Origin: Eledone cirrhosa
Taxonomy: Eukaryota
NCBI GenBank assembly: GCA_964016885.1
Contig: OZ024766.1
Coordinates: 4,774,001-4,838,000, forward strand
Reading direction: 5' to 3'
DNA: 64,000 nucleotides
The position numbers were made by a program, and so were the translations under genes. The stretch's first letter is position 1, and each line of letters opens with the position of its first letter. Positions 53,455-64,000 of this stretch are shown in pieces. A model generated the notes under the pieces. The model did no database searches, had not been told where the DNA came from, and worked only from the letters and a program-made list of their open reading frames with translations.

Positions 53455-55185
53455 TATAGAGAGAGGGGGAATAGATAGAAACAGAAATATAAGCGTAAGA
53501 AAGAGTAAAAGAAATATAGAGAGAGGGAGAGAAATAAAGCGAAAGAGTGTAAGAGATATAGAGAGGGGGAATAGATAGTGACAGATATATAAGCCGAAGA
53601 AAAAGTGTAAGAAATATATAGAGAGGGGAAGGGTGTTAGAAATATAGAGAGAGGGGGAGTGTTAGAAATATAGAGAGAGGGGGAGAAACTAAGCGAAAGA
53701 GTGTAAGAGATATAAACAGAAGGAAAGCGTAAGTAAGAGTTTAAAAGAAATATAGAGAGAGAGGGAGGAGTGTTGAACGTAAGTGTGTAAGAAATATAGA
53801 GAGGAGGAATAGATAGAAACAGAAATATAAGCTAAAGAAAGAGTGTAAGAGATATAGAGAGAGGGTGAGTGTAAAGCGTAAGTAAGAGTGTAAGATATAT
53901 ATAGAGAGAGAGGGAATAGATAGACAGAAACAAAGGCGTAAGTAACAGTGTAAGAGATATAGAGAGAGGGTGAGTGTAAAGCGTAAGTAAGAGGTTAAAA
54001 GATATATATAGAGAGGGGGAATAGATAGACAGAAAGATAAGGGAAAGTAACAGTGTAAGAGATAAAGAGAGAGTGTGAGTGTAAAGCGTAAGTACGAGCG
54101 TAAGCGATATATATACAGAGAGGGAATAGAAAGACAGAAACATAAGCGTAAGTAACAGTATAAGAGATATAGAGAGAGGGGGAATAGATAAACAAAAATA
54201 TAAGCCTAAGAAAGAGTGTAAGAAATATATAGAGAGGGTGAGTGTAAAGCGTAAGTAAGAGTAAGAGATATATATATAGAGAGAGAGGGAATAAATAGAC
54301 AGAAACAAAGGCGTAAGTAACAGTGTAAGAGATATAGAGAGAGGGTGAGTGTAAAGCATAAGTAAGAGGTTAAAAGATATATATAGAGAGGGGGAATAAA
54401 TAGACAGAAACATTAAAGTAAGTAACAGTGTAAGAGACATAGAGAGAGGGTGAGCGTATAGCGTAAGTAAGAGTGTTGAAGATATAAATAGAGAGGGGGA
54501 ATAAATAGACAGAAACATTAAAGTAAGTAACAGTGTAAGAGACATAGAGAGAGGGTGAGCGTAAAGCGTAAGTAAGAGTGTTGAAGCTATACATAGAGAG
54601 GGGGAATAAATAGACAGAAACATTAAAGTAAGTAACAGTGTAAGAGACATAGAGAGAGGGTGAGCGTATAGCGTAAGTAAGAGTGTTGAAGATATACATA
54701 GAGAGGGGGAATAGATAGACAGAAACATAAAAGTAAGTAACAGTGTAAGAGACATAGAGAGAGGGTGAGCGTATAGCGTAAGTAAGAGTGTTGAAGATAT
54801 ACATAGAGAGGGGGAATAGATAGACAGAAACATTAAAGTAAGTAACAGTGTAAGAGACATAGAGAGAGGGTGAGCGTATAGCGTAAGTAAGAGTGTTGAA
54901 GATATACATAGAGAGGGGGAATAGATAGACAGAAACATAAAAGTAAGTAACAGTGTAAGAGACATAGAGAGAGGGTGAGCGTAAAGCGTAAGTAAGAGTG
55001 TTGAAGATATAAATAGAGAGGGGGAATAAATAGACAGAAACATTAAAGTAAGTAACAGTGTAAGAGACATAGAGAGAGGGTGAGCGTATAGCGTAAGTAA
55101 GAGTGTTGAAGATATACATAGAGAGGGGGAATAGATAGACAGAAACATAGGCAAAAGTAACAGTGTAAGAGATATAGAGAGAGTG
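53455..55185. repeat. 105-bp purine-rich satellite, divergent at left and homogeneous at right
   Basis: agtaacagtgtaagagacatagagagagggtgagcg... recurs every 105 bp. Confidence 0.9.
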
Positions 55186-55549
55186 GGAGAGATGTCGTCT
55201 GCTTCTGAAACACCACCGAAACAGTTTTATTTATTTTGTGTAAGTTTTTCTCTGAAATATTTTCCTTAAAAAATGTTAAAAAGTTGAAAATTTGGGGTAA
55301 TTTCAGGGAGTTTAGAGAGTGAACCCTTTAAATTTTTATATTTTGTATTTTATTTTAGGGATTTTGGGGGGAGAGAATCGTAAAATATGTTTAAATGTGT
55401 AAATATATACATATATATACATATATATATAAATATATATATGTATATATATATACACATATATATATATATAAATATGTGTATATATATATAATGTATA
55501 TATATATATAATGTATATATATATATAATGTATATATACACACATATAC

Positions 55550-55582
<33 letters not shown>

Positions 55583-55623
55583 ATGTATATCTATATATAT
55601 AATGTATATATACACACATATAC

Positions 55624-55662
<39 letters not shown>

Positions 55663-55711
55663 ATATATATATATAATGTATATATACACACATATACGTG
55701 TGTATATATAT

Positions 55712-55754
<43 letters not shown>

Positions 55755-55965
55755 GTATATATATGTATATATGTATATATATGTATATATATATATATAT
55801 GTATATATATATGTATATACATATATACATATACATGTATTGTTGTTGTTTTTAACAAAACGTTTTCTCTTTGTTTCTTTCTTTCTATATTTTATTTCCT
55901 TTTTTTATTTAAATCTAGATTTGTTTGGTTTGGAACCTTTACACTGTCTGTTGTGACAACTGACA

Positions 55966-56700
<735 letters not shown>

Positions 56701-56739
56701 CCACCACCACCACCACCACCAATAACAACACCAAGCCCT

Positions 56740-59700
56740 ATGGGAGATATCTATAAAGACCCCAGTCCACCATATCACACCGAGCATGGTGAAGATATCA
56801 AAAGTAGACCAAATTATCTTAACCAACATACTGATAACTGTGAAGATATATATCGGGATATGATAACATGTGGTCGTGATAAAAATATCATAATGGAAGA
56901 TGGTAGTTATAAAGATATCACTCCAACATATCATATACAGGATCACCCACATGTTAATAATTCTGAAGATATATATGATGATATAAAACCACGTGGTGTT
57001 GATAAAGATATCATAATGGAAGATGGTAGTTATAAAGATATCACTCCAACATATCATGTACAGGATCACCCACATGTTAATAATTCTGAAGATATATATG
57101 ATGATATAAAACCACGTGGTGTTGATAAAGATATCATAATGGAAGATGGTAGTTATAAAGATATCACTCCAACATATCATGTACAGGATCACCCACATGT
57201 TAATAATTCTGAAGATATATATGATGATATAAAACCACGTGGTGTTGATAAAGATATCATAATGGAAGATGGCAGTTATAAAGATATCACTCTGTCGTGT
57301 CACATACAGGGTGGTGAAGATATCAAAAATAGACCGAATTATTTTAACCAACATGTTGATAATTCTAAAGATATATATAGTGATATGATAACATGTAGTG
57401 GTGATAAAGATATCTCAAATATTAATGCTGGTTATAATGATATCACTCCATCATATCACACACAAGATGGTAGAAATACCCAAAACAGAACAAATTATCT
57501 TAACCAAAATGTTGATAATTCTGAGGATATTTATAATGATATCAACCCATTGGATAAATCATGTGATGATGATAATGATACTTTAATGGAAGATGGTGGT
57601 TATAAAGATGGTGGAAATCTAGAAAACAGACCACATTTTCTTAATCTACATAGTGATATCAACACAGTTTATAAAACATATGTTGATAAAGATATCTTAA
57701 TAGAAGATGATATATATAAAGATATCACAGCATCATATCACACACAGGATGGTAGAAATACCCCAAAAAGTTCATATTATCTTAACCAACATATTAAATC
57801 AGTGGATAAGACATGTGATGATAAAGATATCATATTCGAAGATGATATATATAAAGATATCACTCCGTCATATCACACACAGGATAGCAAAAATATCAAA
57901 TGTAGACCTAATTTTCTTAACCACCATATTGATAATTGTGAAGATATATATGATGATATCAAACCAATGAATAAAACATGTGGTGATGATAAAGATATCA
58001 TAATGGAAGATGATATATATAAAGACACTATCCCATCATATCACATACAAGATGGAGACAATATAGAAAACAGACCAAATTTTCTTAACCAACATATTGA
58101 TAACTGTGAAGATATATATATTGATATTAAAACATGTGATGATGATGATGATGATGATAAAGGTATCTTAATGAAGAATTATATATATAAAGATACTATT
58201 CTATCGTATCACACACAAGATGGCAGAAATAAGCAAAGCAGACCTAATTTTCTTACCCAACATAGTGATAATTCTGAAGATATATATAGTGATATTAAAC
58301 CATGTGGTGATGATAAAGATATCTTAATGAACGGTGGTGGTTATAAAGATATCACAGCTTCATATCACACACAGGATGGTAGAAATACCCAAAACAGACC
58401 AAATTATCTTACACAACATATTGACATCTGTGAAGATATATATGGTGATATTAAACCATGTGGTGATGATAAAGATATTGTTATGAAATACTTAAATGAC
58501 AGCAAAGAAGTGTCCAACGAGGGAGAGAACTCTTTTGCAAGAGGATATGCTATAAAGGGAGATAACTTTGGTGACTTCTACGACAGCCGGGGAGATAACG
58601 CGTCAGTGAGAAGAGGTGCTGGCAAGGGGAGTAACTCTGATGACTTCTGTAACAACAGGAGAGATAATTACTCTGTGGGAGGAGGCTTTGTAAAGGGAGG
58701 CAACTCTGGTCACTTCTGCAACAGAAAGGGAAGCAACTCTGATGGTTTCTGCAACTATTTAGGAGACAACTCTGATGACTTCTGCAACAACAGGGGACGC
58801 AATTCTAATGACTTCTGCAACAACATGGAAGGCAACTCTGCTGACTTCTGCCATAGTGGGGGAGGCAACTCTGATGACTTCTGCCATAGTGGGGGAAGCA
58901 ACTCTGATGACTGCTGCAACAACAGGGGAAGCAACTCTGATGACTGCTGCAACAACAGGGGAAGCAACTCTGATGACTGCTGCAACAACAGGGGAAGCAA
59001 CTCTGATGACTGCTGCAACAACAGGGGAAGCAACTCTGATGACTGCTGCAACAACAGGGCAGGCAACTCTGATGATCTCTGCAACAACAGGGGAGGCAAT
59101 TCAGGTGATCTCGGCAACAGGGGAGGCAACTCTGGTGACCTCTGTGACTATAAACCGCCAACCGAAGGTAGCTATGGAAACAGTCCTATCTTCTCTACAG
59201 CAGCAGTTCTTCCTTCATATTACTGTACAGCAGCAGCAGCAATAGAACCACCAGCATCATCACCATCAGCAACCCAACCTCCAGCATCATCACCACCGCA
59301 AGCAATAGAACCAACAACGCCACCGCCACCACCATCGGCAGCAGCACTATTACCATCAGTACCACCACCACCACCACTACAACTACCATCATCAGCAACA
59401 GCAGCAGAGGGAAGTGTGTTGGTTGGTGATCTGCCTAGATATGAGTTTAACAACAACAACAACAGCAACAGCAACAGTAACGACAACAACAACAGCAACA
59501 CCAACACCAACAGTAACAACATCAGCAACAACAACAACAACACCAGCAACAACAACAACAACAGCAACACCAACAACAACACCAGCAACAACAACAACAA
59601 CAGCAACACCAACACCAACAGTAACAACATCAGCAACAACAACAACAACAACAGTAACAACAACAACAACCACAACAGTAACAACCACAACAACAACAGC

Positions 59701-62700
59701 AACAGTAACAACAACAACAACCACAACAGTAACAACCACAACAGTAACAACCACAACAGCAACAACAACAACAGCAACAACAACAACAACAGCATCAGCA
59801 ACAACAACAACAACATCAGCAACAACAACAACATCAACAACAGTAATAACAACAACAACAATAACAACATCAGCAACAACAACAACAGTAACAACATCAG
59901 CAACAACAACAGCAACAACATCAGCAACAACAACCACAACAACAACATCAGCAACAGCAGCAACAACAACAACAGTCACAACAACAACAACAGTAACAAC
60001 AACAACAACAACACCACCAGCAGCAACAACAGTAACAACAACATTAACAACAGCGGCAGCAGCAGCAGCTATGATATGTTTGCAGACTCCGACTGTGGCG
60101 AGGGGGATACAGAGATGTCAGAGAAGGAAAGATTGTACTACTGTATGACAGAGAGAGGGGGGAGAGGAGAAGGGGAGGGAGGAGGAGAAGAAGAAGAAGA
60201 AAAGCAACATCAGAATCAACGACAACAAAATCATCATCATCATCAACAGCAACAACAACAACAGCAACAACAACAGCAACAAACTAATATCTTCATCACC
60301 AACAACAAGAGTTTAGCTGAGATGGAATTGAAACAAGCCTTGGCTACCACTACCACTACTACTACTAATACTACTACTACTACTACCAACGGATGTGGTT
60401 TAGCTGTTGTAGGACTAACACAAGCCTATACTACTGATACTATTCCTACTACCACTCAGAAGAATGTCTTGGCTGATCTAGGACGAACACAAACACCTAT
60501 AAGCAATACCACTACCAACAACTGTGATTTAGCTGGGATGGGCTTGTCACAAGACTGTACCACTAAGTATACCACCACCACCACCACCAGCAATGGTAGT
60601 TTAGCTGGTACAGGACTACCACAGACCTCTACCACTACCAACAACTGTGATTTAGCTGGGATGGGATTGATACAAGACTCTACCACTAACTATACTACCA
60701 CCACCACCACCAGCAATGGTAGTTTAGCTGGTATAGGACTACCACAAACTTCTACCACTACCAACAACTGTGGTTTAGCTGGGAGGGGATTGATACAAGA
60801 CTCTACCACTAACTATACTACCACCACCACCACCAGCAATGGTAGTTTAGCTGGTATAGGACTACCACAAACTTCTACCACTACCAACAACTGTGATTTA
60901 GCTGGGATGGGATTGATACAAGACTCTACCACTAACTATACCACCACCACTACCACCAGCAATGGTAGTTTAGCTGGTATAGGACTACCACAAACCTCTA
61001 CCACTACCAACAACTGTGATTTAGCTGGGATGGGATTGTCACAAGACTATACCACCACCACCAGCACCAGCAATGGTAGTTTAGCTGGTATAGGACTACC
61101 ACAAACCTCTACCACTACCAACAACTGTGGTTTAGCTGGGATCGGATTGATACAAGACTCTACCACTAACTATACTACCACCACCACCACCAGCAATGGT
61201 AGTTTAGCTGGTATAGGACTACCACAAACCTCTACCAACAACTGTGGTTTAGCTGGGATCGGATTGATACAAGACTATACCACAAACTATACTACCACCA
61301 CCAGCAATGGTAGTTTAGCTGGTATAGGACTAACACAGACCTCTACCGCTACAACTACCACTACTACTAATACCACTACCACCAACACCACTACTAGTAG
61401 TAGTACTTCTAATAATAATAATAATAATGATAATAATAATAATATCAGCAGCACCAACAGTAAAGAGAATGCTGTGATAGGACCAAAACAATCCTATACC
61501 ACCACTACTACTACTACTTCTACTAATACTTCTACTACTTCTGCTACTACCAGCAACAATGGTTTAGCTGGTGTAGGACTCAATCTACGTACCGCAGGCA
61601 TTGTATCATCATCTTGCTGCCACGTGACTGCTGCAGCCGCCACAGGGAGAAGTAACTATTGTGACGCAGGCAACGGAGTGTCTGGCAGATGCGGAAACTC
61701 GACAGACACGAACTGTGGAAAGCCGGATGTGTGCGGAAGTCCGACGATGGAGATAACTTATGGAAACGGACGAGGCACGTGTGGAAATCTGCTGAACACA
61801 AACTCCGGACACTCGGACATAACAAATGGAAAAATGACGAACATGAACGCCGAACGTGGAAACACGGATGAAAGTTGGAAAAGGATAAAGACAAACAGCG
61901 GAAATCCAGATATAAGTGGAAATCTGACAAATAAGATTTGCGGAATTTCATATCTATGGGAAAATCCGATGACCGCAAGTCAAAGGATCCCGGATGTAGG
62001 TGAGGTTTTCATGAAAATAAATTTGGGAAATTTAGAGAGCAAGAAAGAAGAAGAACTGATAATGGAAGAAAAATATGTTTCTATGATCAATTCCATCACC
62101 AACAACAGTAGTTTAGCTGAAATAAGACCGAAACAAGACTATATTACTACTAATACCACCACTACCAACAGTAGTATGGCTGAAACAGGACTGAAATCAG
62201 TGTCTAAAATTACTAATACCACCACCAACAACAGTAGTATGATTGGGACAGGACTGAAACAAGCTTATGTTACTAATAATATCCCTAATAACAACAGCCA
62301 AGCTGGGACAGGACTGAAACCAGCCTCTTCTGTGATTAATTCCATCACCAACAACAGTAGTCTAGCTGGAATAGGACTGAAACAAGCTTATGTTACTAAT
62401 AATACCCCTAATAACAACAGCCAAGCTGGGACAGGACTGAAACCAGCCTCTTCTGTGATTAATTCCATCACCAACAACAGTAGTCTAGCTGGAATAGGAC
62501 TGAAACAAGCTTATGTTACTAATAATATCCCTAATAATAACAGCCAAGCTGGGACAGGACTGAAACAAGCCTCTTCTGTGATTAATTCCATCACCAACAA
62601 CAGTAGTCTAGCTGGAATAGGACTGAAACAAGCTTATGTTACTAATAATATCCCTAATAATAACAGCCAAGCTGGGACAGGACTGAAACCAGCCTCTTCT

Positions 62701-64000
62701 GTGATTAATTCCATCACCAACAACAGTAGTCTAGCTGGAATAGGACTGAAACAAGCTTATGTTACTAATAATATCCCTAATAATAACAGCCAAGCTGGGA
62801 CAGGACTGAAACAAGCCTCTTCTGTGATTAATTCCATCACCAACAACAGTAGTCTAGCTGGAATAGGACTGAAACAAGCTTATGTTACTAATAATATCCC
62901 TAATAACAACAGCCAAGCTGGGACAGGACTGAAACCAGCCTCTTCTGTGATTAATTCCATCACCAACAACAGTAGTCTAGCTGGAATAGGACTGAAACAA
63001 GCTTATGTTACTAATAATATCCCTAACAATAACAGCCAAGCTGGGACAGGACTGGAACCAGCTTCCCTTATAACTAACATCACTACCAACAACATTTGTA
63101 TAGCTGAATCAGGACTGAAACGGGCCTCTTCTACGATTAATACTCCCACCACCAACAACAGGAGTATAGCTGAGATAAGACTGAAACAAGACGACTATAT
63201 TACTACTAATATCCCTACCAACAGTAGTTTAGCTGAGATAGAACTAAATCAAACTCCTATTATTATTAATACAATCACCAACAACAGAAGTTTAGCTGAA
63301 ATAGGACTGAAACCAGCCTCTAAAGTTACTAGCACCACCGACAACAGGGGTTTAGCTGAAATAAGATACAGACAAGGCTCTACTCCTACTAATACCACCA
63401 CCACCACAACCACCACCAATGACACGAGGATAGGACTGAAGCAAGGCTCTATTCCTAATACCACCACCACCAATGGTTTCACTGGGATGGAACTGAAACA
63501 AGCTTGTACTACCAATACCACCACCAAGTACAGCAGCATGACTGAAACGAGGCTCCAACAAGTCTCTACTAATACCACTACCAACAACATTTGTATAGCT
63601 GAAACAAGACTGAAACCAGTGTCTCAAACTACTAATACCACCACCAACAGAAGCTTGGCTGAGATAGGAATGGAACAAGACTATATTACTACTAATATTA
63701 CTACTAATAATACCACCAACAACAACAGCCAAGCAAGGACGAAACTAAAACAAACTCCTATTACTAATAATACTAATAATACCATCACCAACAATGGTTT
63801 AACTGGGGCTGAACTACAACCAGCTTCTGTTACAACTAATACCATCACCAACAATAGTTTCACTGGGGCTGAACTACAACCAGCTTCTGTTACAACTAAT
63901 ACCATCACCAACAATAGTAGTCTAGCTGGAATAGGACTGAAACAAGCTTATGTTAATGATGGCATCACCAACAACAGTAGCCTAACTGAAACAATACTGA
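56740..64000 (+). CDS. Giant uninterrupted ORF (at least 2,420 aa, 3' incomplete); repeat-rich low-complexity protein of unknown function
   Basis: Manual translation from ATG 56740 (MGDIYKDPSPPYHTEH...) finds no stop up to base 64000. In-frame TGA upstream at 56623. All repeat-unit length variation preserves the frame. Confidence 0.8.
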   Translation, partial: MGDIYKDPSPPYHTEHGEDIKSRPNYLNQHTDNCEDIYRDMITCGRDKNIIMEDGSYKDITPTYHIQDHPHVNNSEDIYDDIKPRGVDKDIIMEDGSYKDITPTYHVQDHPHVNNSEDIYDDIKPRGVDKDIIMEDGSYKDITPTYHVQDHPHVNNSEDIYDDIKPRGVDKDIIMEDGSYKDITLSCHIQGGEDIKNRPNYFNQHVDNSKDIYSDMITCSGDKDISNINAGYNDITPSYHTQDGRNTQNRTNYLNQNVDNSEDIYNDINPLDKSCDDDNDTLMEDGGYKDGGNLENRPHFLNLHSDINTVYKTYVDKDILIEDDIYKDITASYHTQDGRNTPKSSYYLNQHIKSVDKTCDDKDIIFEDDIYKDITPSYHTQDSKNIKCRPNFLNHHIDNCEDIYDDIKPMNKTCGDDKDIIMEDDIYKDTIPSYHIQDGDNIENRPNFLNQHIDNCEDIYIDIKTCDDDDDDDKGILMKNYIYKDTILSYHTQDGRNKQSRPNFLTQHSDNSEDIYSDIKPCGDDKDILMNGGGYKDITASYHTQDGRNTQNRPNYLTQHIDICEDIYGDIKPCGDDKDIVMKYLNDSKEVSNEGENSFARGYAIKGDNFGDFYDSRGDNASVRRGAGKGSNSDDFCNNRRDNYSVGGGFVKGGNSGHFCNRKGSNSDGFCNYLGDNSDDFCNNRGRNSNDFCNNMEGNSADFCHSGGGNSDDFCHSGGSNSDDCCNNRGSNSDDCCNNRGSNSDDCCNNRGSNSDDCCNNRGSNSDDCCNNRAGNSDDLCNNRGGNSGDLGNRGGNSGDLCDYKPPTEGSYGNSPIFSTAAVLPSYYCTAAAAIEPPASSPSATQPPASSPPQAIEPTTPPPPPSAAALLPSVPPPPPLQLPSSATAAEGSVLVGDLPRYEFNNNNNSNSNSNDNNNSNTNTNSNNISNNNNNTSNNNNNSNTNNNTSNNNNNSNTNTNSNNISNNNNNNSNNNNNHNSNNHNNNSNSNNNNNHNSNNHNSNNHNSNNNNSNNNNNSISNNNNNISNNNNINNSNNNNNNNNISNNNNSNNISNNNSNNISNNNHNNNISNSSNNNNSHNNNNSNNNNNNTTSSNNSNNNINNSGSSSSYDMFADSDCGEGDTEMSEKERLYYCMTERGGRGEGEGGGEEEEEKQHQNQRQQNHHHHQQQQQQQQQQQQQTNIFITNNKSLAEMELKQALATTTTTTTNTTTTTTNGCGLAVVGLTQAYTTDTIPTTTQKNVLADLGRTQTPISNTTTNNCDLAGMGLSQDCTTKYTTTTTTSNGSLAGTGLPQTSTTTNNCDLAGMGLIQDSTTNYTTTTTTSNGSLAGIGLPQTSTTTNNCGLAGRGLIQDSTTNYTTTTTTSNGSLAGIGLPQTSTTTNNCDLAGMGLIQDSTTNYTTTTTTSNGSLAGIGLPQTSTTTNNCDLAGMGLSQDYTTTTSTSNGSLAGIGLPQTSTTTNNCGLAGIGLIQDSTTNYTTTTTTSNGSLAGIGLPQTSTNNCGLAGIGLIQDYTTNYTTTTSNGSLAGIGLTQTSTATTTTTTNTTTTNTTTSSSTSNNNNNNDNNNNISSTNSKENAVIGPKQSYTTTTTTTSTNTSTTSATTSNNGLAGVGLNLRTAGIVSSSCCHVTAAAATGRSNYCDAGNGVSGRCGNSTDTNCGKPDVCGSPTMEITYGNGRGTCGNLLNTNSGHSDITNGKMTNMNAERGNTDESWKRIKTNSGNPDISGNLTNKICGISYLWENPMTASQRIPDVGEVFMKINLGNLESKKEEELIMEEKYVSMINSITNNSSLAEIRPKQDYITTNTTTTNSSMAETGLKSVSKITNTTTNNSSMIGTGLKQAYVTNNIPNNNSQAGTGLKPASSVINSITNNSSLAGIGLKQAYVTNNTPNNNSQAGTGLKPASSVINSITNNSSLAGIGLKQAYVTNNIPNNNSQAGTGLKQASSVINSITNNSSLAGIGLKQAYVTNNIPNNNSQAGTGLKPASSVINSITNNSSLAGIGLKQAYVTNNIPNNNSQAGTGLKQASSVINSITNNSSLAGIGLKQAYVTNNIPNNNSQAGTGLKPASSVINSITNNSSLAGIGLKQAYVTNNIPNNNSQAGTGLEPASLITNITTNNICIAESGLKRASSTINTPTTNNRSIAEIRLKQDDYITTNIPTNSSLAEIELNQTPIIINTITNNRSLAEIGLKPASKVTSTTDNRGLAEIRYRQGSTPTNTTTTTTTTNDTRIGLKQGSIPNTTTTNGFTGMELKQACTTNTTTKYSSMTETRLQQVSTNTTTNNICIAETRLKPVSQTTNTTTNRSLAEIGMEQDYITTNITTNNTTNNNSQARTKLKQTPITNNTNNTITNNGLTGAELQPASVTTNTITNNSFTGAELQPASVTTNTITNNSSLAGIGLKQAYVNDGITNNSSLTETIL

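Noticed and set aside
53832-55154. 440-aa hydrophobic repeat ORF as a membrane protein
   Set aside because: Antisense reading of a 105-bp GA-rich satellite; no evidence of coding constraint.

Overview
Repeat-rich eukaryotic genomic DNA, most likely an octopod cephalopod (inferred from SINE/LINE families and (TA)n density), with one 200-N gap at 15227-15426. Two genes are supported. (1) A minus-strand apolipophorin/ApoB-like large lipid transfer protein (Vitellogenin_N family). I rebuilt it by hand as 16 GT-AG exons from ATG 37800 down to 978 (about 1,170 codons, continuing off the left edge). It has a TATA+Inr core promoter, and one further exon is probably lost in the gap. (2) A single uninterrupted plus-strand ORF from 56740 to the window end (at least 2,420 codons), absent from the supplied ORF track because it has no stop in the window. 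It is built from Tyr/Asp, Cys/Asn, poly-Asn and Thr/Asn repeats. The remainder is microsatellites, SINEs, RTE/Tx1/CR1/Dong LINE fragments (many expanded into tandem arrays), Penelope-like remnants with hammerhead-ribozyme motifs and inverted repeats, a Helitron-like element, and two inverted TTAA MITEs that bracket the first exon and promoter of the lipid-transfer gene. All family assignments come from motif recognition, not database searches.
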